Source: Paraspadella gotoi
Lineage: Eukaryota; Animalia; Chaetognatha
Reading direction: 5' to 3'
Assembly (NCBI GenBank): GCA_051294375.1
Contig: CM119269.1
Location: 17,222,265 to 17,286,264 of the forward strand
Length of the DNA stretch: 64,000 nt
Shown: piece by piece, positions 47,421 to 60,424 of the stretch
Layout of the letters: every line of letters begins with the position of its first letter
Position numbering within the stretch: position 1 is the stretch's first letter
The notes under the pieces: generated by a model
Told to the model about the DNA's origin: nothing
Database searches by the model: none
Seen by the model: the letters and a program-made list of their open reading frames with translations, nothing else
Position numbers and translations under genes: made by a program

Positions 47421-50400
47421 TGGACTGCGAACGATTTGGTGTCCAAGCTCAACAAAGGACAATCTATAAACATGAGGCCGCGAGAGGGCGAAACGGTTTA
47501 ATTTGATAAATTGAAGAAATTACGTGAGGCAAGGCAGTCACAGTAAACGTGTGTTTCATTTTTTTTTCTACTTATCACCAGCTATCGAACTTATCAGTCG
47601 ATACATTGCCAATTTCGTTAATCCAACTTTTCGATTTTTTTTAACTCTTTTAATATTTCACGCAGTCAGAACCCAGTCAAACTTTTAAAATTAACATTAA
47701 AATTTTAGAATTAAGATGTAGGGCTTCTCCTTCAATGTGACTGTAGACTTTCAATTTCGTTTAATACTTAGGTGCTTAGTAACTTTTTCCAAAATTAAGG
47801 AGATAATTTTTTTTATAAAACGTTCAGCTGATTTTATAATTTTTTTTATTCAATATGTATTAATATAAAATTTAAAGAATTTATAAATGAGTAACATAAA
47901 ATATTCTATTTTTTATTTTAAATACTTTTTAATCATCAGGAAAAAATTCGAAAATTGCATTGATGAAGTTTCAAATTTGACCTCCTCTTAATAGACAGTC
48001 ACTATAAAGAAGATTGAAATATGTCTGTATTATTATATCGTATAAAATTGCCAAACCGGACCTTCAAAAACGACCTATATTTAATCTTTTTAAAATTTTA
48101 CGGTTGCCATAGGTATTATTGTCCACGAATGTTACAAATAGAAAAAAAAAACATACTGTATTTACTTACTTTCATTTCTTTCCTCACTTTTAAATTAATT
48201 GTTAATTTATAAGCTTTGCTTGCCCTATAAAACTGTTCCCCCTGTGATGGCTAAAGTTTTAAATATCCGCTAGTGGCGAGTTCGAAGAAAAGTCCAAAAT
48301 GAGTTACAAGATAAAGAAAGAAGAAATTCAAACTGCCTAAATTTAATGAAATCTTATTCACTTAATACTTTTATTTTGCCTGAGCTAATTGGTCTTATGG
48401 TAACACATTCTAGATGATACCAGAGCAAAAGTCACTGTAGAATCTACAATTGTAGATCATGAGATTTAAGAGCACGGATCCTTCGCTCAATATTTTTATT
48501 GTCTGTCGATATCAATCAATGGAGCTCTTCCGTCCGCCTTTCAAATCGTCCCGAGCTCCGACAAAGATCTCCACGAACCTCAGCCACGTCGACCAAGGAG
48601 TTGGAGAGTGGCGCCGGCGCTAGCGAATCACGTCGGCTCTTCGGAAGTCGCAAACTGGAAGAGGAATAGAGGGGAGGAAGAGGAAAAAAGGAAAGAGGAG
48701 GAAGAATAAGCCAGATGAATAACAAAATTTTAAAGAAAAATCTTGAAGCCAACACATTTCCCTGTTGTTGTTATCTAACAACTTTTATTAATTATAAAAA
48801 TTTCAGCAGTATGAAGTTTTTTTTTCGTACTGAAAAGAAATCAGATAAAGTCAGAGTAAACAAATTCAATTTCGGAAATGTTCATTTTAAAAACAATTTG
48901 ACGGAGACGGCATTCGTGAAGAGGAAATCTCCTAAATTCTTAATATTGCTCCATTTTTTGTTTCTAATTAGTTTTCAATTAAAAATATTAATAAAATAAT
49001 ATAATATCTAATACTTAAGGAGATCTTTTCTTAACAAATTGAAAACTTCTTTGAAATATTATCCACTTCATAGATAGGGAAGCCACAGAGAGAGAGTGTC
49101 TTGATTGAAAAGCTTGCAGGGCGCTGCTTTGTAATTAATCTTTTAAGAGTGATGGAGGCCTTAAACCACACAAAGCTTCTGACCAAAGTTAGGGGCAGAT
49201 AGCTTATTTATTGAATGAAAATATTGTTATATTGATTGTACCTACTTCATAGAAAAAGTTTATTCTTCTCACCCTTTTCTTTGATTCCCCTTCTTCTTTT
49301 CTTGCCTTTTNNNNNNNNNNNNNNNNNNNNNNNNNGAATTCTAATGAGTTTTGACATTCTAAATAAGATACAAAAAAATTTTGGGTGACTTAAGTCTTGT
49401 GTACATTTTTACATCATCTTTGATCAAGGTTTTAATCTTGTCAATCATATCAGGATATAACTGAATACGTTACATTGCAAATCTTTTTAAATGTATGCAT
49501 CCTTATTGTTATTACTAATTTCTTTATTATCTGTTAATTTTTTATTTATCAATAAATTAATCTTTTTTAATAATTTTATTGGTTTTGGATCTGGTAGTAG
49601 CCAAGTAGTTTACATACTTAATGCTGATACTCATATTTCATGCCATCTGGGAAAAGTATTTTTGGGCTTAAAATATAGTAATAACAAATTAAAAATATAT
49701 TTGATAACGAAATTAAAACAATAAAAGAAAATATATTGTTTTATTTATCTTTAAAAATAAATATAAGCAAAATATTTTGATTCAGAAATTGCCTATCCTT
49801 TCTTTACCTAGGCAATTTCAATAACACTTTGCTCAGTTAATCAGGCAAAATATTACCTAAGTTCACCCCTTAAATAAAATAGATAACTTTTAGATATAAT
49901 GTATATGTATGCTTTATACGATATAAATATTTATAAATACTACCTTCTCTACTTACATATTATATTAATGAAGATAAAAAATTTTCTGTTCATTTTTCTT
50001 TTTCTTTTTTTTTTGTTTTGTTTCGTTTATCTTTCTTCAATAGTTTCAGCGCGAGGAAAGTATCTCTTGGATGAGAATAGTCGCTCAATAGTTAAAATGT
50101 GTGTTGTCATTATCGTAGAACAGCAAATTCATACCCCGTGAGCCAAATCCAGTGACACGAAGGAAATCATTGCCATGGTTTACTGCATTGATATAAACGC
50201 CAAGATTCCTTGGCGAGATAATGAGAAGGGGACGCTTCTTTGCGTCGTCGTCGTCGTCACGCTTTTTATCGAGCCTACCGGCGAAGCCAGTTCAGGCTCG
50301 ATATTGATTCGGGTCAGCTTTTTTGTGTCGTCGTCGTCGTCGTCACGCTTTTTTGTATAAAAACTACTACGCTTTTATAGTTTTGGCTGGGACTTACTGT

Positions 50401-50479
50401 TTTTTTTTAAATAAAAATTATTATGAATTACAATGAAGTTTTATAATAATGTGCGATCATAGTAAGATAAAAATTTTGA

Positions 50480-50747
50480 TATGGCTTCTCATTTTGAAAT
50501 AGCTTTAAAATTTTCATATTACATTTAGATTCAAATATTTTTTGTTTGAATTTCCACTTCATTATGATTTACTACAATATGTAAATGAGATTATAGTACT
50601 CATTATAATATCCAAATTAGTATATAGAAATACTTTAATCTAATTTACATATTGCAGTAAATAATATTGAAGATGAAATTCATAAAAAAATCTTTGAATC
50701 TATAATAAACATGTGAAATCAAAAGACCTTTTTAATGAGAAGCTATA
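50480..50747. repeat. Imperfect AT-rich inverted repeat (MITE-like); partial copy at ~52025-52080
   Basis: tatggcttctcatt...gaatttccacttcattatgatttactacaatatgtaaat mirrors atttacatattgcagtaaataatattgaagatgaaattc...aatgagaagctata. Confidence 0.45.
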
Positions 50748-51162
50748 ACTTAATTTTAATACAAATAAAAATAAAATCTTTTACAAGCTATGATTGGAAA
50801 AAATTATAACAATTTCCAATTGTAAACAATTGTAACATTTTTCGCCTTTCTTTTATTTCTTCAAAAAATGAGTTCAGGCTCTTTCTTTCTCTCTCAGTCT
50901 CTCTCTGTCTCTCTCTGTACGATCTCTTGCGTGATCGTTCGTTTTTTGAAAAATTCTGATTATTTTTTTCTTTTTAAAAAAAAAAAATTGATCAGGCGCT
51001 GCCTTTCCTGAATCGTTTAATAACGAGTTCATGCTCTCTCTCTCTGTCTCTCTCCGTCTCTCTCTGTGTGTGTCTGTCTCTCTCTGAAAAATTATGATAC
51101 AATAACTTAGATTTCGTGGCCGTTGCGGGTCAGCTACTCTCTCGCTCTCTCTCTCTCTAATT

Positions 51163-52000
51163 GACTCATCGCGTCAATGAATGACTATTATCGCATCAAT
51201 GAATGACTATCATCGCATCAATGAATGACTATCATCGCATCAATAAATGACTATCATCGCATCAATGAATGAATATCATTGCATCAATGAATGATTATCA
51301 GCCGATCAATGAAGGACTATCATCTTCTAAAAACTTTTATTATCGCCATTTATTCCGCGCTTTTTTCTCAATACAAAATCCCAAATTTATATCCCGAGTT
51401 TTTCGTGGATTTATTTTATGGCTCTGAAATTTAGTCAGAATACGTTTTATGTTTGGAAACAAAGTTCGTAAACACGCTCTCTCTCTCTGACTTATACACG
51501 CGATTGTTTGTTTTATTTACGATGAATGACTCATCGCGTCAATGAATGACTATCATCGTATCAATGAATGATTATCTTTTTTTTTTGTCAATTACATTAT
51601 TTATTATATTGTTAACTTAACATTATTATTATTATTACACAAGATACATAATGGTTATTATATTATAAGTGGTAAGCTAAGAAAAGGGCATAGTGGTTCA
51701 GACAGACCCTGAAATCCTTTTTTTTTTTTTTTTATTAATACCAAAAACAGCATTGACAAAATCAAAAACAGTATCAGTGTAAAAAACTAGAAAACAGTAA
51801 GCAAGTAAAAACTAAACTATTAAAATTAAACAGAAACAAATCAAATCAAATCAAACAAATCAATCATTTGGTTATCATCACATCAATCATTTTGTTGTCA
51901 TCACATTAATCATTTGGTTATAATCGCATCAATTATTGGTTATCATCGCATCAATATTTGGTTATCATCGCATCAATAATTGGTTACCATCGCATCAATA
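51163..52000. repeat. 22-23-bp minisatellite clusters (unit ~GACTATCATCGCATCAATGAAT and variant TCATCGCATCAATCATTTGGTTA)
   Basis: About 7 units at 51163-51325, 2-3 at 51520-51575 and about 6 variant units at 51860-52000. Confidence 0.85.
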
Positions 52001-54103
52001 CACTGCTTTTAAGATTTTTTTTTGGTTTGAATTTCCACTTCATTATGATTTACTTCAATATGCAAATTAGATTATAGTACTTTTTCATTAATTTTCTTTG
52101 ATACTATACCTTGGCGAGATCCTTATACTTTTAAGATTTTTTTATTAGATAGAGAAATGTTCGACGTTTTTTGTGTTAAAATTTTATTTAAATTGATCTT
52201 TATTAACAACAATTTTGTTTGCGAAGATGTCAACGTCGTCAAATTGTTGGCTCATCGCATCTTTTAATAATCAAGCGGAATGAATAATTTGTAATTCAAT
52301 ATCCAAGATTACAGTATAAATATTTTCAGCCTTATTTACCTTGACAAGGTCCAGAAGGGCAGTTGGTTTATAAAAGATTCATTCTCAGGCCTTTGGGCAA
52401 GAATTTTAAGCAGCTTAGCTTAACAACATCAAAGCATCAAAATGGGCTAAAAATGATTGTTGAGAAGATGCAAATCTGTGTGCGCTGAGCATAATTGGCA
52501 AATTAAATATGGGAAAGTTATTTCCTTTAAAAATATGAGTAGTTTCAAAAAATATAGTAACCAATACAACACACCATCAACTGCATCAATTTTTTTTTTA
52601 CAAACAAAATTAAAGTAAAGCAGAAGGGAGTAATGCAGTTGTTCTGAAGTTCTAACCTATCACATATCAATTTTTTTTAAAAATAATTTGTCACTAAAAA
52701 GTCTTGTTGTATAAAAATTTTGACTGGGTAAAAAACCGAATCATTTTTTAAAAAAAAACATCTTTTGCTTGAGGGATAATATTTTCTAGCGATGACGAGT
52801 TTGTCCCCACATGTTCGGGAGGAATTTTAAGCATGTTTTCAAACCATTTTAATAAATATTTTAGGCATTTCAAAAACTTCAATGATTTTTTAATCAAATT
52901 GTATAAAAAAAATTTCTTGATGTTTGACAGGTCATGTATGATTAATTTTTACTTCGTGTCAATCGATTTGGCTCACGGGGTAGTTAAAGTAACAGTTTGG
53001 AATGCAGTTCAGTACTAATCATTGGCGACATCGTTTTAATTAGTCTTTTCCATGGAAACATTGCAAAAAATTTGAATTCGACGCCGACGAAACATTGATC
53101 TTTACTTTAGCTTTTTAAAAATGAAATAACATGAAATTTTTTTGCTGGTTATGTAATTCTGTCTTTTTTTTTAAATATCAAAATTCTGATCATGAGAATG
53201 ACAACTTAGTTTGAATTAACTTTTAAAAATTAAGATTTACAAATAAAAAACTTTAAAAAATCATTACTCAAAAATTTTTAAACTTTACGATAATTCAGTT
53301 ACGCCATTGATTAGACCCTTGATAGGGATTTCTTATGATGTAAAATTTTTCTTGAATGCAATCAAAAACACGCCTAAAATGGTCTTTTTTTCGCAAATCT
53401 TACTGTGCTAGATTAAAAATTAAACATAGAATAGTAAATGAATTAAACACGAAATGAAACTTATACACAAAAAACTTCCATATTTAATGAATATTTAAAG
53501 CATAGTAAATTTTTTTTGTGTCACTCGCGGGACAAGGAGTAGTTTCTGTTCATCCCTTTCTACTTTAAACAAAAAAACCGGTTTTATACATGACGATGAG
53601 AGGGACTGGTTTTTCTAAATGACACGATTTTGGATGATGGTTTTAAGCACTGTTTCAAATCAGTTACGTTTCAGCTTCAGTTGACCGAGTCGCATTATCG
53701 TTGAGAAAACATGTCTGTACGAGTTGCGTGCGTAATTACGAAAGGTGGTACGGGTCATGACCATTTTTTAAAAATTTTATTATTTATTATTTAATGTGCG
53801 TATTTGTTTAACTAAAGGCTGAGCGGACAAAATATTTTGACGATCAAATTTTACCACTTTACCGCTTAATTTATTTTATATTTTTTTCCCCCGTGATTAT
53901 TGGGTTGGTTTTACGGTTTTACGGTTTTACAGTTAACATATATATTGTTCACTGACTTCCCGAATCGTTGCATCCAAAAAATAACTCATTTATGGCACAA
54001 AAAAGATATATTATTCGAGATTATCATCATTATAAAAACATCGTTATGAAGAGTTACAAAGTGGTCCATTTTTTGGCTTCTGATTATTGAAGAGAAAGGC
54101 GAT

Positions 54104-54422
54104 TTAGTTTCTCTGGGTCAATCTGTATTGGTTATTCATGCGTTTCTCCTTAAGTTTTTTGTTCCGCCTACAGATCCAATAGATGAATAGAGTGATGAGG
54201 ATTGGAAGTGTGATACCGCAAACGATTCCTACACAAACGATCTGTATATTACTACTATTGTTAGTATATATGACGAGATAATTTTAATTTTACATAATCA
54301 ACGCCGCGGTTGCGGAGAATATAAATCTCGTTCCCTTCCTATCCTTCCTTCCTTCCTTCCTTCCTTCCTCTCCTTCCTTCCTTCCTTCCTTCCTTCCTTC
54401 CTTCCTTCCCTTCTCTTTCTTT

Positions 54423-54493
<71 letters not shown>

Positions 54494-57400
54494 ATATGAC
54501 ACCTGCATCTCCTCTCCCTCCAAAGGCGTAGGTGGTGACTCGTAACCAGCGGGCAACGGTGTCACCTCCTCTCCAACGCGACATTCCATGGGCCACTGCT
54601 GAAACAGCTTCGTGTAACAAGTCGAGGCGTTGTCTATGACGTCTCCGGGCTTAACGACGTCGCAGGTTTCACCAACGCTGCAACACCAATCCCAGATTGT
54701 CTTTTCCTCGTCCAACCAGCACCATGAGTAGCGGGTGTTGTCGTAGTTGCACGCGCTCGCGCAGGCGTAGTTGTTCAGACTCCGCCAAATCGGTCGCGGG
54801 TTGCATGCGTGTAGGCGCTTCTGGCAGATAGTTTTGCTACATCTTCCTCCACAAGCTTTAAAGAGGAGATTATGAATGACTTTACTTAACAAAATGAACA
54901 AAGGTAGTACACATAATCACAAAAGAAAAAATAAAGTTATAAGAACTTAATCTAATATCTTTAGCATTAGATTACATTCTCTAGTTTCTTTGCAAGCGTA
55001 GCATCCGTTGATGTAATGATCAATAACATAGTCGTCATTGTAAACTCCGTTCTTCTCGCAGGGATAACCGGGAAAGCAGCAGTAATCCCAGGTTTTGTGA
55101 TCCTCGCTTATCCAGCACCACTGGTAACTGAAGTAAATAATTCAGCCTTACGCATTAATGATTAATTAAAAATAACTAATAATATTTTTTAGTCAGGAAA
55201 AAATCGAATGGTGGCCTCAAAGAGGGGAAGAGGGAAAGGGAGAAGGGAGAGGATGGAGAGAGAGAGAAAGAGACAAAAAGATAGAGAGAACGAGCATCTT
55301 CGTTGACACATTTCTGAAGCACAAATTTGAGAAAAGAAAATTAATTTATAAACATAAAAAAAAAGAAGAAAAGAATAAATATAAAGAAAGGAAAGAAAGA
55401 ATAGAAAGGAAAGAGAGAATAGAAAGGAAAGAAAGAATAGAAAGAAAATAAAGAATAGAAAGGAAAAAAAGAATAGAAAGAAAAGAAAGAATAGAAAGGA
55501 AAGAAAGAATAGAAAGAATAGAAAGAAAAGAAAAGAAAGAAAGAATAGAAAGGAAAGAAAGAATAGAAAGGAAAGAAAGAAAAATAAAAATAAAGTGAGA
55601 GTGACAAGAAGAAAGAATGCAATAAAAAAATGATGTTGCGATAGCAAAATGATAACATGCACGAATGCGATGCTTAAATTACGGGTTCAATCCTAATTCA
55701 ATTTTTTTTTAATAAAAACGCAGAGAAAGAGAGAATCAGCAGCGGCAGCAGCAGAGGCAGCCAGAAAAAAAGAAAGAAATCAAAAGCAGAAGCAGCAGGA
55801 GAAAAGAGAGAAAAAGAAAAAGCCCCTGCAGAGCCAGCTGCAGACTCGTTTTTTTTTCTCGATGAATCAGCCTGGGGAAAAGAGAGAGAGAGAGCTACAT
55901 ATAATTAAATTAAAAAAGAGACAGAGAAGGAGACATAAAAAAAATTTGTTTGTTTGGATAAAACGTAAATAGTATTGGTGATTAACATCGTTTTATGAGG
56001 AAAACGCATATTATTTTTATTTGAGCAATATATTTCGGTTAACATTACTTAACCATAGTTCATTTGCGAAGTAAATGCAAGAAAAATAGTCACAATGCAT
56101 GTTTGCTAATTCCCGACATATTCTGGCTGTCGTGTGAAGAGGAGAAGTCTCTTCGATGTTGTGCTGTGCGACTTTTTATTGAGACGCTTGTTTTTCCAAC
56201 GTAAGAAGAGGCGTTGTTGTTGGGTGGGGTTTGGCAATTACAAGAAAGCTTATAAACCCCTTTTCTATCAACCAAAGGTGGTTGTGTTTTGTTGGGCCCA
56301 CACAACAAATTGGCTAGTTTGGGACCTGACTTTAAAAAAATGCGACAATCAAGTTTTTTAAATGCATGTCTAAGTTTGTTGCCAATAGATGGTATGTATG
56401 TTAGAGAAGCAAAAGCTAGCGTTTTTTTAGGTTGTCGTTGTTGGGGTTGTGGTGGTTGAGAGGATGTTAGCTGGGTTGTGGATGTTATTTCGTGTATTTC
56501 TTTGCTAAGTGTTTGTGAGTTGGTTGTGGTTTGTGAGTTTGTTGAGGACTGGGCAGAAATGACAGGATTGCTTTGGCACAGCTCTGGTGGTTTGTATTCA
56601 AGTGAGATCTGTTGTAATTGTTCTCTTGGATAACCATTGTCTTCCCAGTAGTCAAGCAAATAAGAAATTTTGTTTTCAAGAAGAGATGGATAGGAGGAAA
56701 TTCGATAAGCTCTGCAGAGAGCGCCCTTAAATACCCCTTTCCATAAACCAGGATTTTGGCAAGAGGTAGGATTTAAAGTGAGACCAGTATTGGAACATTT
56801 CAGGTAAACTGAAGTTGAAAGAGTTCCATCTTCATTTCGAGAAAGAAGACAGTCTAAAAAAGCGAGTTTTTTGTGTTCTTCCAGTTCAACAGTAAACTGG
56901 ACCCTGTGGTGAACTAAGTTTAGGCATTCTTGAAACTGAAGGTGGGCGTCATTCTGGTCATTTTGAGTTAAGATGCCAAAAGTATCATCCATGTATGCAG
57001 TCAGGCACCGAGGTGCAGTAATGCCCCTTTCACCTGCCTCTTTCTTTCTCTTGAGCTTTTGTCCTTAACTTTGACCTCATGTTTCTTTTCACTCTTATTC
57101 TCTCTCTCTCTTTTAACCAAATTATTTTTTTACTTTTTTGTGACTGTTTTTCTTGCATTTACTTCGCAAATGAACTATGGTTAAGCAATGTTAACCGAAA
57201 TATATTGCTCAAATAAAAATAATATGCGTTTTCCTCATAAAACGATGTTAATCACCAATACTATGTACTCATACCGCATATACGATGACTCTCAAGCAAT
57301 AAAACGTAAACAAAACATATTTAATAACTGTCCTCACCCAATTTCAAGGACCTCGATGATGAGAAGCTGTATATAAATTTTCAGCTTCATACACCCAAAT

Positions 57401-58293
57401 TTTATCATAAAAAAAGCGAACGATAAGTTGGAACGACGACGACAACAACGACAACGCCTACGCCACTTATGCGCAAAAGCGTTACGAGATTGTCGCAAAC
57501 GCAAAGCGATTGCCCCTGACTCGGGCGTACCTTTGCCCATAGAAACCGCAATACTCCCCAGCGGCGCAAGGTCGTCCCTGAAGAGTGATCGCGAGCGGCT
57601 GCCGACGACATCGTCTGGAGCTCCAACCCCCGCCATTCCGATTTTTACAGAAAGTTTCGTCGGTCGACCAATCACGATTGCCGCATCCGCCACCACAGCA
57701 GTCCTCCCAACGCGACGAGTCAACGTAGCAATAAAAACCTGAGTGACTAAAAAATATTTCCCTTAAAAACGTCAGTTGGATTAAAAAAATATTATTTTGT
57801 GTGGTTGAGTTTAGTTAGGATTGTGATTTAAATATATTTTTGGAGTGGAGGAGTGGCATGAAAGTTATAATATTAATTCTCTCTAAGTACATGCATAGTA
57901 TGCATTGCATACATATTACATAATATGTATTACATATGATCTAGAGAACTTTAGCTTTCTTACTCGTCGTCGTTGCATCTGTCGTCGTCTCTGCATTTGA
58001 TGCCGGAAATCGTCTGCATCACAGGAATGGTGTCCCGTCTTTGTCGCAAACTTTCATCTACCTCGCAAGTGGCTGCCGCCATAGCGCACATGACTGCAAG
58101 GAATTGACGCTTTGATGCTATGACGAAAGCGTGGAGATGTTGAATTTGTTTTCGTGAAGTAGAATTTTTCAAATCAACATATACAAGTTTGGATGTCATC
58201 ATTTCGTTAGCAAAATTTTAACTAAAATAATGAAATAAATTTAATGTCTCTCTCGGTCACTAGAAACTATTACTTTACACTTACAGATTTCAT
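54104..58293 (-). CDS. Uncharacterised type I membrane protein with three Cys/Trp-rich extracellular repeats
   Basis: Six phase-compatible exons: 58293-58285, 58109-57964, 57746-57531, 55127-54976, 54855-54503, 54241-54104, totalling 1014 nt (337 aa plus stop). It has the signal peptide MKSRQFLAVMCAMAAATC, an RQRR site, repeats ending YCYVDSSRWEDCC, WCWISEDHKTWDYCC and WCWLDEEKTIWDWCC, the TM helix IVCVGIVCGITLPILITLFIYWIC and a basic tail. Confidence 0.8.
55375..55582. repeat. 18-bp purine minisatellite (GAAAGGAAAGAAAGAATA-like)
   Basis: About 11 degenerate units; source of the spurious FLSFLF ORFs. Confidence 0.85.
55970..57263. mobile_element. Element bounded by ~125-bp inverted repeats carrying a Penelope-like fragment
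   Basis: 55970-56094 (tagtattggtgattaacatcg...tagtcaca) and 57139-57263 are near-perfect reverse complements. Confidence 0.7.
56090..57050 (-). mobile_element. Penelope-like retroelement fragment: RT C-terminal half plus GIY-YIG endonuclease
   Basis: Open frame ...TAYMDDTF...QFTVELE...LAFLDCLL...TSVYLK...RAYRIS...KGVYKLSCNC...SYVGKT...RTAQH; truncated at both ends. Confidence 0.88.
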
Positions 58294-59861
58294 CACTGTC
58301 TCTGGAAAATTACGTCGTGTTGTGCGTAGTACTTTGTACACTGCAAACTCTCGATAATTATGAAAAATTCATAAATAATTGCCTGTCCAAAGTCACGGGC
58401 AAGATAACTTATTTAGTTTTTTATATTGGTTGTACCAATTTCAACATATGATACGATTGTCTTTTGTCAAGGTCGATATTTCCAGAAGAGTTCCTCAGCG
58501 AGTTTTCTATCCAAAACATAAGAACACGCCAACTCAAGCTTTTTTCTTCGCTAAAATTTTTCGCTTCAATTTCGCACAAATTGCAAAATCTTGACAAGAT
58601 TTCTGTTAAACTTTATTTAAAAATGGTCGTTTAAATAATAAGTAGTCTTAATTTGTTTTATTATAATTTTTTTACTCGTTGATTGATGTGAAAAGTCGCA
58701 TGAACCATAAGGGCTATGAAACGGGCCTGTGCCATCGCTATGGCACGACCGGCATGTCTTCCACAGGCAAATAGTTTCCATGGCATTGGGCATGGGCGTG
58801 GTTAAGGTTAAGAGGGTTTATGGCTAAGGTAATTAGGTAATATATTTTTTTTAAATAAATATTTTTAAATTGTTTTTCAAAAGCCGCCAAAACCGCGGTC
58901 GGCGAAAGTGAAATTTAGCCATATAGAAAAATTAAAATAGGGAGATACAACAATTTTAGTAAAAATATCAGAAATTGCTTGAATTCACCGTTTTGTATTC
59001 CGCTATAATTTGTTTTAAATTGCGCCTTTGTTTAAATTGAATTGTAATTGAATGTTCATATCTTGTTCACTGTCGAGCATTTATCATTATTTTGTTTATT
59101 ATCCATTTGCTCGATTTGATAAATGTAATCAGGAATTAACATGTCGAGATTAATATTTACTTCAAAAGTATTCTAATTAAGCGTATAAAGAGAATTACTC
59201 TAAAACTTCAAATTTAGCTTCTGCGAATATTGTTTGGACAAGAGAACAACGTTCCTGGTTAGTCGAAGGTAGCATAATGCTAAGTCCTAATAAATATCTG
59301 TTAACTCAGATGCTCTTTTTTGTCTCTAAATTAAGAGAGATATTATACTTTTTATATCATCAGTCCGTGCTTCTTCTGCGATCATTTGTGTTCTGTTATT
59401 TTTTATTGATTATTAGTTAGTATTTGTCTGTTTGAATATCTATGCTTTGATTTTTTTATTTAGGTACCCAATTAATATCAACAAAGACGCCAAGTGGATA
59501 AAAACTCTTTACAAACTTTTCGGCGCCTGCGGTCCCGGTTTTCAGCACAGTTTTTCTCCCGACCTGTTATTCCTCTCCGCCATGTCGGGGAAGGCGGTTT
59601 TTTTTCTTAATAATAAAAATATAATTATTACTGAGTAATTGCTAAGTTTTCCTTTTCTTTTTTATATAAACTTCTTGATTAAAATTTCTCGTCTTTAACG
59701 TAAAAAAATTCCTCTACATGAATCAAATTAAAACCGAATTATTACTATGATTTGGCTTATGATTAAAATTTTCATAAAGCAATAATAAAAATTTATTTTT
59801 TATTAGACTGAAGTTTATTTGAAAATTTATGCTGTTGTCTGTCATTACAGTTGACCCCAAG

Positions 59862-60424
59862 ATGGGTCTGCCTTGTTTAGGCTCCTACTTTGCCAAATTC
59901 GGCGAGATTTTTGGAGAAACTCTCCCCAGCGTCGGTGGAATAAGCCTGTTGGCCTTTTCCACTTCTACCATGGAACAGAATTTCCTTCGAAATTACTTTG
60001 GTGACACTCAACCGATTCTCAGAAACACTCTGTGGTGGTATTCTCAAATCGGCGTCGGTTCATGGATATATCAAAGAAAGCACTTGTCCACCCTTCGTTT
60101 TTCTTCCAGGTAAAACATGGTTTTGACAAGGGAAATTTAATGATGAAGTTCGAATTTGAATTTTATTTTAGATGTCTCTATTCTGGAATCGGCTCTTTGA
60201 TTTTCAACCATGGGGTTATCCTTTTACTTTCTATATTGAGGAAAAACTTGCCCAACTGTAAATATTTGACTCTTCCTCTCGGGGCTACCGCTTGCTTCCT
60301 AATGGTCCAATTAGGAAGATCCTACGGCGAATTTTGCGACTCTTTCCAAACGTGCTCCACCTCCTCGTCTGTGGAACCCGCTGTGGCCAAGGCTTTGTCG
60401 CCATCGAAAAGGTATGACCTCTGA
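59862..60424 (+). CDS. Uncharacterised small multi-pass membrane protein
   Basis: Exons 59862-60109 and 60172-60424 (GT-AG, phase 2) read MGLPCLG...GVGSWIYQRKHLSTLRFSSRCLYSGIGSLIFNHGVILLLSILRKNLP.... There are several hydrophobic segments. The start is uncertain because possible upstream exons lie at 59215-59595. Confidence 0.6.

Larger units (their letters stand above)
34770..49273. repeat. Giant inverted duplication 2 (arms ~34770-41807 and ~41956-49273, ~150-nt loop)
   Basis: The right arm is the reverse complement of the left with accumulating indels. The fold point is near 41880 and the right arm ends just before an N gap. Confidence 0.93.

Noticed and set aside
51163-52000. CRISPR-like array
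   Set aside because: The units are head-to-tail with no unique spacers, there are no cas genes, and the context is eukaryotic.
55189-55662. 157-aa Phe-rich membrane ORF
   Set aside because: Translation of an 18-bp minisatellite.
57428-57742. + strand 104-aa ORF
   Set aside because: Antisense shadow of exon 3 (57746-57531) of the Cys/Trp-repeat membrane gene.
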